From Clostridiales bacterium (GTDB lineage: Bacteria; Bacillota; Clostridia; Caldicoprobacterales; UBA3941): a stretch of 64,000 bases of DNA. Both the position numbers and the translations under genes were made by a program. Positions 40,636 to 49,438 of the stretch are shown piece after piece (the first letter of the stretch is position 1; every line of letters starts with the position of its first letter). The DNA is taken from NCBI GenBank assembly GCA_012735575.1, contig JAAYGY010000056.1:29360-93359 (forward strand). Reading direction: 5' to 3'. The notes beneath the pieces were generated by a model. The model was not told the origin of the DNA. It did no database searches and worked only from the letters and a program-made list of their open reading frames with translations.

Positions 40636-42438
40636 CTAAACATCCTTATTTTCTATCTTTTTATCTATGCTTATATGCAGCTCATTAAGTTGATTTTCGT
40701 CTACAAATGAAGGTGCATTAGTCATAAGATCAGATGCATTCTGTACTTTTGGGAATGCTATTACGTCCCTAATAGAACTTCTGCCAGCAAACAATGCTGC
40801 AATTCTGTCAAGGCCATATGCAATTCCTCCATGAGGTGGCGTTCCATATTTAAAGGCTTCTAATAGGAAACCGAACTGCTCCCATGCTCTTTCATTGGTA
40901 AAGCCTAACGCTTTAAACATCCTTTCTTGTATCTGGGTATCATGGATCCTTATACTTCCACCACCAATTTCATTACCGTTTAGTACCATGTCATAGGCTT
41001 TTGCACGAACCCTTTCAGGCTCCGATTCCAATAAATGCAGATCTTCATCCATAGGCGATGTAAAAGGATGGTGTTTAGCTACATATCTGTCTTCATCTTG
41101 ATCATATTCAAATAAGGGGAATTCAGTAATCCATAATAAATTATATTTATCGTTTGGGATTAAATCCAAGCGTTTGGCAAGCTCCAATCTCAAATGGCCA
41201 AGTACCTGAAAAACTATATCATTTTCATCAGCTACGAATAATAGAAGGTCTCCAGCCTCTGCATTTAAGTGTTTCAAAATCGACTCAAGCTCTTCCTGAC
41301 TCAAAAACTTTGCAATAGGCGATTTTACGCCTTCTTGAGTAACATTAATCCAGGCCAGACCTTTTGCTCTATAAGTCTTGATGTATTCCCCTAAAGAATC
41401 AATATCTCTACGCGAAAATTTAGCTCCAGCACCTTTCGCATTGATTCCTCTAACACTACCACCCTTTTCAACAGCCCCAGAAAATACTTTAAAATTTGAA
41501 CTGGCAACCAAAGAACTAATATCAACAAGCTCTAGTCCAAATCTGGTATCAGGTTTGTCTGAACCATATCTCTTCATAGCTTCTTTATAAGTCATGCGTT
41601 GGAGAGGAAGTGGAATTTCTACATTTAAAACTTGTCTAAAAATATTAGCTATTAGCTCCTCGTTAATGGCTAATATATCATCTATTTCTACAAAAGACAT
41701 CTCAATATCAATCTGAGTAAATTCAGGCTGCCTATCAGCTCTCAAGTCCTCATCCCTAAAACATCTCACAATTTGATAATATCTATCATAGCCAGATAGC
41801 ATCAATAGCTGTTTAAATAGTTGAGGGGATTGAGGTAGTGCATAAAACTTACCAGGATGCACTCTGCTGGGAACAAGATAATCTCTAGCCCCTTCTGGTG
41901 TGCTTTTAGTCAACATAGGAGTTTCGATCTCTAAAAAACCTCTTTCATTGAGGAATCTTCTCACTTCATTTGCTATGTTATGTCTAATTATAAGATTTCT
42001 CTGCATTTCAGGTCTTCTGAGATCTAAATACCTGTACTTATATCTTAAAGCTTCACTTACATTGATATTATCCTCAATGTAGAAGGGCGGAGTTTCAGAA
42101 GTAGACAAAATACGAAGCTCCTCGGCTTTTACCTCTATATCACCTGTAGACATGTTGGGATTAATGGCCTCTGGAGCACGTTTTATAACCTGACCCTTAC
42201 AGGCAATTACATATTCGCTGCGCAATGTAGCTGCCTTATCAAAGAGATCACTGGATTCCTCTTGATCGAAAACCAGCTGAATTATTCCTGTTCTATCTCT
42301 TAGAGTAACAAATATTAAGCCTCCCAAGTCTCGCCGCCTTTGTACCCATCCCATGAGGATTACATCCTCACCTACATTTTGTGATGTAAGCTCACCACAC
42401 ATATGGGTTCTCTTGAGCCCTTTAATTGATTCTCCCAT
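40636..42438 (-). CDS. aspS: Aspartyl-tRNA synthetase
   Basis: 600 aa; OB anticodon-binding N-domain, class II motifs (FRDEDLRADRQPEFTQID; GGGSIRIH; GLDRI). Confidence 0.95.
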   Translation of the reverse strand: MGESIKGLKRTHMCGELTSQNVGEDVILMGWVQRRRDLGGLIFVTLRDRTGIIQLVFDQEESSDLFDKAATLRSEYVIACKGQVIKRAPEAINPNMSTGDIEVKAEELRILSTSETPPFYIEDNINVSEALRYKYRYLDLRRPEMQRNLIIRHNIANEVRRFLNERGFLEIETPMLTKSTPEGARDYLVPSRVHPGKFYALPQSPQLFKQLLMLSGYDRYYQIVRCFRDEDLRADRQPEFTQIDIEMSFVEIDDILAINEELIANIFRQVLNVEIPLPLQRMTYKEAMKRYGSDKPDTRFGLELVDISSLVASSNFKVFSGAVEKGGSVRGINAKGAGAKFSRRDIDSLGEYIKTYRAKGLAWINVTQEGVKSPIAKFLSQEELESILKHLNAEAGDLLLFVADENDIVFQVLGHLRLELAKRLDLIPNDKYNLLWITEFPLFEYDQDEDRYVAKHHPFTSPMDEDLHLLESEPERVRAKAYDMVLNGNEIGGGSIRIHDTQIQERMFKALGFTNERAWEQFGFLLEAFKYGTPPHGGIAYGLDRIAALFAGRSSIRDVIAFPKVQNASDLMTNAPSFVDENQLNELHISIDKKIENKDV

Positions 42439-42439
42439 A

Positions 42440-43711
42440 TTATTTCACCGCTCCTTTTTTACTCTTTAAGAAATTAATAATAGTATCCTGAGATATCAGT
42501 TCTTCACTTCCATCTTCCATAGACCGAACCTTAATCTGATTATTTAGTAATTCTTCTTCTCCCAAGATACAAACCCATGAAATATTAGCCTTGTCAGCAT
42601 ATTTAAACTGTGCTTTCACGCTTCTGCCTACATGATCCATATCTGCAAGTATATTATTAGACCTCATACGGTGTAGAATTTCAAAAGCTTTATGTCTTGC
42701 TTGCTGACCAATGGTCACGAAATAAACATCTCTGGCTTCCTGCTGAGGGATCTCTATGTTTTGACTTTCCAATGCCAAAAGCAACCTTTCCAGACCTAAT
42801 CCGAATCCGGCTCCTGGAGTATCTGGCCCCCCACACTCCTTTACTAGGCCATCATATCTTCCTCCTCCGCAGACAGTACCCTGGGCCCCAATTTGATTGG
42901 AAATAATCTCAAATACAGTCTTGCTATAATAGTCCAAGCCTCTTACAATCATAGGATTTATCTTATAGTCTATATTTACTGCAGACAAGAAGCTTTGAAG
43001 CTCCTCAAAATGATTACTACATTCTTCGCATAGATAATCTAATATAACAGGAGCATCTTTTACAATAACACCACATTCCTTATTCTTACAGTCTAAAATC
43101 CGCAGCGGATTCTTTTCGTACCGGGTGTTGCAGGTATGGCAGAGTTGATCCAAATGAGCCTTTAAATATTCTTTTAAAACCTTATGGTATTTGGGCCGAC
43201 AATTAGGACATCCAATACTGTTAATATTTAGTTCCAATCCTTTAAGTCCTAGCCTGTCAAACAACTTCATTGCTAAGATGATTATCTCTCCATCTACTGA
43301 AGCCTCTTTGGCTCCAAAAACCTCAACCCCAAATTGATGATGTTCTCTAAGTCTGCCTGCCTGAGGATTTTCATATCTAAAAACCGGGGTTAAATAATAC
43401 ATCTTTACAGGCTGAGCTATATTATACAAGCCATGCTCTATATATGCCCTAACTGCACCTGCCGTTCCCTCAGGTTTTAAAGTAATGCTCCTATTCCCTT
43501 TGTCAAGGAATGTATACATCTCCTTTTGCACTATATCAGTGGTGTCTCCTACTCCACGTACAAATAATTCGGTATGCTCAAAGACAGGAGTTCTCACTTC
43601 TTTATATCCAAATAGTTCTGTAATCTCGCGAATAGTGTTTTCTAAATAATGCCATTTATAAGATTCACTAGGCAACACATCTTTTGTACCTCTTGGTGCT
43701 TTTGTAAGCAT
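42440..43711 (-). CDS. hisS: Histidyl-tRNA synthetase
   Basis: 423 aa; class II HisRS motifs (FRYENPQAGRLREHHQFGVEVFG; GGGRYDGL). Confidence 0.95.
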   Translation of the reverse strand: MLTKAPRGTKDVLPSESYKWHYLENTIREITELFGYKEVRTPVFEHTELFVRGVGDTTDIVQKEMYTFLDKGNRSITLKPEGTAGAVRAYIEHGLYNIAQPVKMYYLTPVFRYENPQAGRLREHHQFGVEVFGAKEASVDGEIIILAMKLFDRLGLKGLELNINSIGCPNCRPKYHKVLKEYLKAHLDQLCHTCNTRYEKNPLRILDCKNKECGVIVKDAPVILDYLCEECSNHFEELQSFLSAVNIDYKINPMIVRGLDYYSKTVFEIISNQIGAQGTVCGGGRYDGLVKECGGPDTPGAGFGLGLERLLLALESQNIEIPQQEARDVYFVTIGQQARHKAFEILHRMRSNNILADMDHVGRSVKAQFKYADKANISWVCILGEEELLNNQIKVRSMEDGSEELISQDTIINFLKSKKGAVK

Positions 43712-43748
43712 TTTCCTCCTCCTTTTTTTGACTCAATAGAAACTTAAT

Positions 43749-44032
43749 AAAAAAACACTCACATCCCAATCATCACATGAAAGGGACGGGAGCGTTTCCC
43801 GCGGTGCCACCCTTGTTGGAGAATCCATATATAGGCTTCTCCCGCTTAAAAATTTAACGCTTTTACGCGTACACTGCTTACTTAAGTTCGGCAGGTCGGT
43901 TCTAGGGTCGTCGTTCACTAGCTTATACTAAAGAGGTGCTTTCAGCCACGACACCTCATCTCTTTTTAGCTCCACCAGCTACTCTACCCTTCTTTACCTT
44001 TACAATATTAACTAAAATATTCGTGATTTTCT
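43749..44032 (-). promoter_or_regulatory. T-box riboswitch leader of hisS-aspS operon
   Basis: Minus strand: Stem I GGGT-AGAGTA...AGTGAACGACG-ACCC, AGAGA box, T-box sequence CAACAAGGGTGGCACCGCGGG (43818-43798), terminator hairpin + TTTTTTT (43755-43749). Candidate specifier GAC at 43912-43910. Confidence 0.85.
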
Positions 44033-44039
44033 AAGTTAT

Positions 44040-44068
44040 AATATAATATCATACAGCTAAAAAGTCAA
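44040..44068 (-). promoter_or_regulatory. Sigma-A promoter candidate for hisS leader
   Basis: Minus strand TTGACT-17 nt-TATATT; -35 overlaps last codons of the upstream hemZ-like gene. Confidence 0.5.
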
Positions 44069-45544
44069 CTTTAATTTTCTCTCAATCATTTCATCTATGC
44101 GATTGATATATTCGTCTATATTCTTAACATTAGGTGCACGCTCTATTCGTCCCTCTTTAGGATAAACAAACTTAGATATAGCTGCGGCTCCAAAAGCCCA
44201 GATAGTTTGCTGATCCTCCATTATCTGCATATTGTAGATAGATTCTTTTGAAGGGATGGCAAATCCAATATTTTCCATATTTCCTAGCATATATTTCTGT
44301 CGATACAGGTAATAGGGCGTCATTCCCATTGCAATAGCACCTTTATAAAAAATATCCATCATATCCACTGCTAACTCTGGAGAAGCAAATTTATAGTCAT
44401 CTAAACTTTCTTTTAACCTGGATGCTCTCTTTACAGCCAAGGTATGAACGGTAAAGTTATCGGGCTTAAGTTTCTCTATGACCTCTATGGTATGACGTGC
44501 TTCTTTGGTTCCTTCTCCAGGCAAACCAACTATCACGTCCATATTGATAGAATCAAACGCAAACTCCCTTGCCATATGAAAACAATGAACAATCTCTTCC
44601 GCTCTGTGGTCCCTTCCTATAAGCTCTAAAGTCTTATTATTCATGGTTTGGGGATTTATACTAATTCGGGTAACATTAAAATCTTTTAAAAGCCTTAACT
44701 TTTCTTTATCCATTGTATCAGGTCTTCCACCTTCAACCGTATATTCCTTCCATGGCTGAGATCCCCAATGTTTATCTACTGCTGATAAAACTTTCTCCAA
44801 CTGAATTACATTCAAAGATGTTGGGGTACCTCCTCCAATGTAAAGGCTTTCTACTTCTATTCCTTTTTCCTTTGCTAACTGGGACATGACCTCCATTTCC
44901 TTCTCTAAAGCTAAGATATAATCATTAATTAAATGGTTACAACGGTCTATGGTAGCAGAAGGAAAGGAGCAAAAAAGGCATTTTGTAGAGCAGATTGGAA
45001 TATTTATATAAACAGAAATTTTGTTGGGGTGATTGTTTTCAAAATATGGACGTTGAACTTTTGCTATATCAATTAACAATCTGGCTTTTTCAGAACTTAC
45101 CCTATAATCATCATATAAAATATTAAGAATTACCTCTTCTTCGAATCCTTGGTCCATTAAACCATGAACGATCTTGGTTGGTCTAATACCTGTTAAGCAT
45201 CCCCACTCCAGGCACCGACCTGTTATCTCCTCTAATGCCTGATACAGTAAAAGTTTACTTCGATTTTTTGCTAATCTTCTAAGTTCAAGCTTTGACAGAT
45301 TAGGATCTAGTTCAAAACGCTCATGATACTTGCCTTTAGTTTCAGTACCATTAAAGAATTCAACAGTTGTTTCAATTATATTATCCCCAATCTTTTTGTG
45401 ACAACATTTAAATATTAAATCATCATAAGAAACCTTTTCAATATTATCAGCCGTTTTAACGGTAACTCCTGGAAAAAAGGCTCTTACAAGCTCTGCCAGT
45501 TCGTTTTTATATTCAGACACTGTAGATGAAACATATATAAGCAA
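44057..45544 (-). CDS. hemZ: HemZ-like oxygen-independent coproporphyrinogen dehydrogenase family radical SAM protein
   Basis: 495 aa; radical SAM CSTKCLFCSF (CxxxCxxC), HemN-like core preceded by a roughly 170-aa N-terminal domain as in HemZ; no C-terminal SPASM Cys cluster. Confidence 0.65.
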   Translation of the reverse strand: MLIYVSSTVSEYKNELAELVRAFFPGVTVKTADNIEKVSYDDLIFKCCHKKIGDNIIETTVEFFNGTETKGKYHERFELDPNLSKLELRRLAKNRSKLLLYQALEEITGRCLEWGCLTGIRPTKIVHGLMDQGFEEEVILNILYDDYRVSSEKARLLIDIAKVQRPYFENNHPNKISVYINIPICSTKCLFCSFPSATIDRCNHLINDYILALEKEMEVMSQLAKEKGIEVESLYIGGGTPTSLNVIQLEKVLSAVDKHWGSQPWKEYTVEGGRPDTMDKEKLRLLKDFNVTRISINPQTMNNKTLELIGRDHRAEEIVHCFHMAREFAFDSINMDVIVGLPGEGTKEARHTIEVIEKLKPDNFTVHTLAVKRASRLKESLDDYKFASPELAVDMMDIFYKGAIAMGMTPYYLYRQKYMLGNMENIGFAIPSKESIYNMQIMEDQQTIWAFGAAAISKFVYPKEGRIERAPNVKNIDEYINRIDEMIERKLKLTF

Positions 45545-45545
45545 A

Positions 45546-46175
45546 CTAAATCAACCCTCCTAAAAACGGGTTAGTGGTTTTTTCATTTCCAATAGTGGTT
45601 TTAGGACCATGACCTGGATATACTACTGTATTATCATCTAATACTAACAGCTGCTCTTTGATAGAGCTAAGAATTTGATTCATATTACCACCATAAAAAT
45701 CAGTTCGGCCAATTGAACCACTAAATAGAGTATCTCCCGTAAATACAACATTATCACACAAAAAACATATGCTGCCCAAGGAATGACCAGGGGTATGAAG
45801 CACTTTTAATTCTATATTACCTATTTTTATAATATCACCATGATCTAATAATAAATCAGCCTGAGGCTGAATGGACTCAACACCTAATGATATTGAAAGA
45901 TTCTTTGAACTATCCTCTAAACAAGAGGAATCATCCTTATGAATAGCCACTTGTGCATCTGTTTTTTCTTTTAACCAACCAACTGCATCTATATGATCAA
46001 AATGTCCATGGGTCAACAGTATATATTTAAGTTCCAGATTTAGGGATTTTATCTTACTAAATATCTTCTCACCATTACCACCGGGATCAATAACACCTGC
46101 TTGCCCTTTTGCTCGATTATAGACAATATAAGAATTAGCTGCCAATAAACCTACAGGCATTGTAATTATTTCCAT
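45546..46175 (-). CDS. MBL-fold metallo-hydrolase (glyoxalase II-like)
   Basis: 209 aa; THGHFDH metal motif, later H/D ligands (HTPGHS, GDTLF). Confidence 0.85.
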   Translation of the reverse strand: MEIITMPVGLLAANSYIVYNRAKGQAGVIDPGGNGEKIFSKIKSLNLELKYILLTHGHFDHIDAVGWLKEKTDAQVAIHKDDSSCLEDSSKNLSISLGVESIQPQADLLLDHGDIIKIGNIELKVLHTPGHSLGSICFLCDNVVFTGDTLFSGSIGRTDFYGGNMNQILSSIKEQLLVLDDNTVVYPGHGPKTTIGNEKTTNPFLGGLI

Positions 46176-46196
46176 ATGTTTTTTGCCTCCTAAAAT

Positions 46197-46646
46197 CTAA
46201 AAAGTTTTCTTACTGTCCAGCAAAATAGTGACAGGGCCATCGTTTATGGATTCTACATGCATATGAGCCCTAAAAATTCCAGTCTCCACATGAATACCCT
46301 TTCCCCTAAGACCCTGTACAAACTTATTATAAAAATTTTCAGCCTTATCTAAATCAGCAGCGTTACTAAAACTTGGCCTTCTGCCCCTTCTACAGTCACC
46401 ATAAAGTGTAAATTGGGAAACTGCAAGTATACTACCACCTACTTCTTTGACGGATAAATTCATCTTACCATCTTCATCTTCGAATACCCTCAGGTTGGCA
46501 GTTTTGTCTATAATATAATCCAGATCTTCTTTTTCATCATCCTTTTCTACTCCAAGATATACTAAAAAACCATTATCAATTTTTCCAGTCACATCTTGTC
46601 CAACTTTGACCTTCGCTGCGCTAACCCGCTGTATAACAGCTCTCAT
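46197..46646 (-). CDS. dtd: D-aminoacyl-tRNA deacylase
   Basis: MRAVIQRV N-terminus, SQFTLYGD and GPVTILLDS motifs; ATG 46646 preferred over GTG 46658. Confidence 0.9.
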   Translation of the reverse strand: MRAVIQRVSAAKVKVGQDVTGKIDNGFLVYLGVEKDDEKEDLDYIIDKTANLRVFEDEDGKMNLSVKEVGGSILAVSQFTLYGDCRRGRRPSFSNAADLDKAENFYNKFVQGLRGKGIHVETGIFRAHMHVESINDGPVTILLDSKKTF

Positions 46647-46675
46647 ATTACCGATCACTCCTATTGTATACTAAT

Positions 46676-48853
46676 CTACGCTTTGACTCTGAATACATCT
46701 AAAACATCGTCAATTTTTTTAATTTGCTTAATAACCTTCTTTAGCTGTTCAATATCGTTAATTTCTATCATTACGTTAATTACCACCTGTTTATTCTTAG
46801 TAGTTCGTGCATTTACAGCTGTAACGGCTATTTTCATATCTGACATAGCTTTGGTTATGTCTGCAAGGAGCATTTGTCGGTCCCTAGCTAAAATTTGAAT
46901 TTCAGAACTAAAGGAGGCCTTATACTCCTCTACCCAATTGACTTCAATTAACCTATGGGATTCTACTAGCGGATCCTTAAGGTTAATACAATCAACCCTA
47001 TGGATTGATACACCCCTACCCCTGGTTATATAGCCGATAATATCGTCTCCCGGCACTGGATTACAACATTTTGAAAACCGTACCATTATATTTTCAATAC
47101 CTTTAACCTTTACACCTTTATCATTAGCGGTACGAATCTTTTGTTGTTTAACTGTTTCCTTTTCAGCTAAATCTTCTTCTGATTGCTTATTAGCTTTCTT
47201 ATACTCATCAATAAGCCTAAATAATATCTGATTGGTTGTAATACCTCCATATCCCAATGCCGAGTACATATCTTCTGCAGAGTTAAAGCCATATTTCCTC
47301 CATACGGTTTCAGACCAGTCCTTTTGTAGAAGTTGAGACAAAGAGTATCCTTGCCTTCTAGCTTCTCTTTCAAGCATCTCCTTGCCCTTAATTATATTTT
47401 CTTCTCTCCGTTCTCTTTTGAAGAATTGTTTTATTTTATTCTTTGCTTGGCTGGTCTTAACGATATTTAGCCAATCCCGACTAGGACCATTGCTAGATGA
47501 TGAAGTAAGAATTTCCACTATATCTCCCGTTTGGAGCACATAATCTAAAGGCACTATTCTGCCATTAACCTTTGCACCAACACATCTATTACCAACATCG
47601 CTATGAATAGCATAGGCAAAATCTAAAGGAGTGGCACCCTTGCGTAAATCCACTACATCTCCTTTTGGAGTAAATACAAATACTTCATCGGTGAAGAGAT
47701 CGATTTTAAGGCTCTCCATAAATTCCCTTGCATCTTTGAAATCACTCTGCCATTCTAATAATTGCCTAAGCCAGGCCAATTTTTCATCGAATTCTGAAGA
47801 GCTTTTCTTGCCCTCTTTGTATTTCCAATGGGCTGCAATTCCATATTCGGCAGTACGATGCATATCCCATGTTCTTATCTGGATTTCGAAAAGCTCACCT
47901 CTAGTGTCAATGACAGTAGTGTGGAGTGACTGATACATGTTAGGCTTTGGTACTGCTATATAATCTTTAAACCTTCCTGGGATAGGTTTCCACATGGTAT
48001 GAACAACACCCAAGACAGCATAACAGTCTTTCACAGTGTTTACTATAACCCTAATAGCCAACAAATCGTATATCTGATCGAAATCCCTATGCTGCATATA
48101 CATTTTTCTATAGATACTATAAAAATGTTTAGGCCTTCCCTCAATTTCTACTTCTATATTCATTTCATCCAGCTTTTGCTTTAAAGTTTTTATAATTTCA
48201 TGTATATACTCTTCTCTTTCTCTTCGCTTTATAGCAATTCTTTCTACTAGATCATAATATCCCTTTGGGTCTATATATCTTAAGGACGTATCTTCTAGCT
48301 CCCATTTGATCTTAAAAATACCTAGTCTATGGGCTAGAGGAGCATATATTTCTAGTGTTTCATAAGCTTTTTCCCTTTGTTTTTCTTCGTCCACATATTC
48401 TAAAGTTCTTAGATTGTGCAAACGATCAGCCAACTTTATTATAATTACCCGAATATCTTTAGCCATGGCCAAAAACATTTTCCTCAGATTCTCTGCCTGC
48501 TGCTCTTCCTTGGTCTTATATGCTATTTTACCTAGTTTAGTGACACCATCAACTAGACCGGCTACTTCAGCTCCAAAAAGCACAGTTAGTTCCTCAACAG
48601 GAACCCCTGTATCCTCTACAACATCATGAAGCAAGCCGGCTACAATTGTGTCAACATCCAAACCTAGATCCATAAGTATAAGGGCTACCTCTAAAGGATG
48701 GATGATATATGGCTCTCCCGAGGATCTTAACTGAGATTTATGAGCATTCTCAGCAAAGGTATAAGCTTCTTTAATTTTCCTTACACCTTCATCCCCATAT
48801 AACTGCTGTGCTTTTGCTTCCAGCATATATAGCTTTTTATAGAAATCTGTCAT
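46676..48853 (-). CDS. relA: Bifunctional (p)ppGpp synthetase/hydrolase Rel
   Basis: 725 aa; HD hydrolase (HPLEVA...LLHDVVEDT), synthetase domain (YRSLHTTV-like QSLHTTVI), TGS and ACT domains. Confidence 0.95.
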   Translation of the reverse strand: MTDFYKKLYMLEAKAQQLYGDEGVRKIKEAYTFAENAHKSQLRSSGEPYIIHPLEVALILMDLGLDVDTIVAGLLHDVVEDTGVPVEELTVLFGAEVAGLVDGVTKLGKIAYKTKEEQQAENLRKMFLAMAKDIRVIIIKLADRLHNLRTLEYVDEEKQREKAYETLEIYAPLAHRLGIFKIKWELEDTSLRYIDPKGYYDLVERIAIKRREREEYIHEIIKTLKQKLDEMNIEVEIEGRPKHFYSIYRKMYMQHRDFDQIYDLLAIRVIVNTVKDCYAVLGVVHTMWKPIPGRFKDYIAVPKPNMYQSLHTTVIDTRGELFEIQIRTWDMHRTAEYGIAAHWKYKEGKKSSSEFDEKLAWLRQLLEWQSDFKDAREFMESLKIDLFTDEVFVFTPKGDVVDLRKGATPLDFAYAIHSDVGNRCVGAKVNGRIVPLDYVLQTGDIVEILTSSSSNGPSRDWLNIVKTSQAKNKIKQFFKRERREENIIKGKEMLEREARRQGYSLSQLLQKDWSETVWRKYGFNSAEDMYSALGYGGITTNQILFRLIDEYKKANKQSEEDLAEKETVKQQKIRTANDKGVKVKGIENIMVRFSKCCNPVPGDDIIGYITRGRGVSIHRVDCINLKDPLVESHRLIEVNWVEEYKASFSSEIQILARDRQMLLADITKAMSDMKIAVTAVNARTTKNKQVVINVMIEINDIEQLKKVIKQIKKIDDVLDVFRVKA

Positions 48854-48900
48854 CTATCATACGCCCTTTTACATGTTTAATATTCTTGTATTTATCATTA

Positions 48901-49419
48901 TTACTCTTCGTATTGGACTAGAGTTTCTACTTTGTATTCACTCAATTTTTCTCTGCCATTGAGGTAAGATAGCTCTATAACAAAAACAATTCCTACCACA
49001 ATACCTCCCAGTTTTTCTACAAGTTTAGCTGTAGCTAGAGCTGTACCACCAGTCGCCAATAAATCATCAGCTATTATTATTCTCTGGCCTGGCTTTATTG
49101 CATCACGGTGAATCTCTAAAACATCTTTACCATATTCTAGATCATATTCAAATTGTTCAGTATCAGCAGGCAATTTGCCGGGTTTTCTAACAGGGACAAA
49201 ACCCACTCCTAAGCCATATGCCAAAGGTGCTCCAATAACAAAGCCCCGAGCTTCAGGTCCTACTATAAAATCTGGATTCCAGTCCTTACAAATCTCTACG
49301 AGTTTATCAACCGTATACTTATAGGAATCTTTATCCTGCAACAAGGTAGTTATATCCTTAAAGCTAATTCCTTCTTCTGGAAAATCTGGTATAATTCTAA
49401 TTTTTTCAATGAGATTCAT
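48901..49419 (-). CDS. apt: Adenine phosphoribosyltransferase
   Basis: 172 aa; PRPP-binding loop [14 protein letters not shown]. Confidence 0.95.
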   Translation of the reverse strand: MNLIEKIRIIPDFPEEGISFKDITTLLQDKDSYKYTVDKLVEICKDWNPDFIVGPEARGFVIGAPLAYGLGVGFVPVRKPGKLPADTEQFEYDLEYGKDVLEIHRDAIKPGQRIIIADDLLATGGTALATAKLVEKLGGIVVGIVFVIELSYLNGREKLSEYKVETLVQYEE

Positions 49420-49438
49420 AAAATATCCTCCTTAATAT

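Noticed and set aside
43733-43918. 61-aa minus-strand ORF between hemZ-like gene and hisS
   Set aside because: It lies entirely within the hisS-aspS T-box leader (Stem I through the T-box sequence), has no RBS, and is explained by RNA structure rather than coding.
44057-45544. The radical-SAM protein at 44057-45544 as the missing SCIFF maturase
   Set aside because: It has a HemN/HemZ-type architecture with a long N-terminal domain, a single CxxxCxxC and no C-terminal SPASM Cys-rich domain. It is also 9 kb away in a different operon context (MBL-hemZ upstream of hisS).
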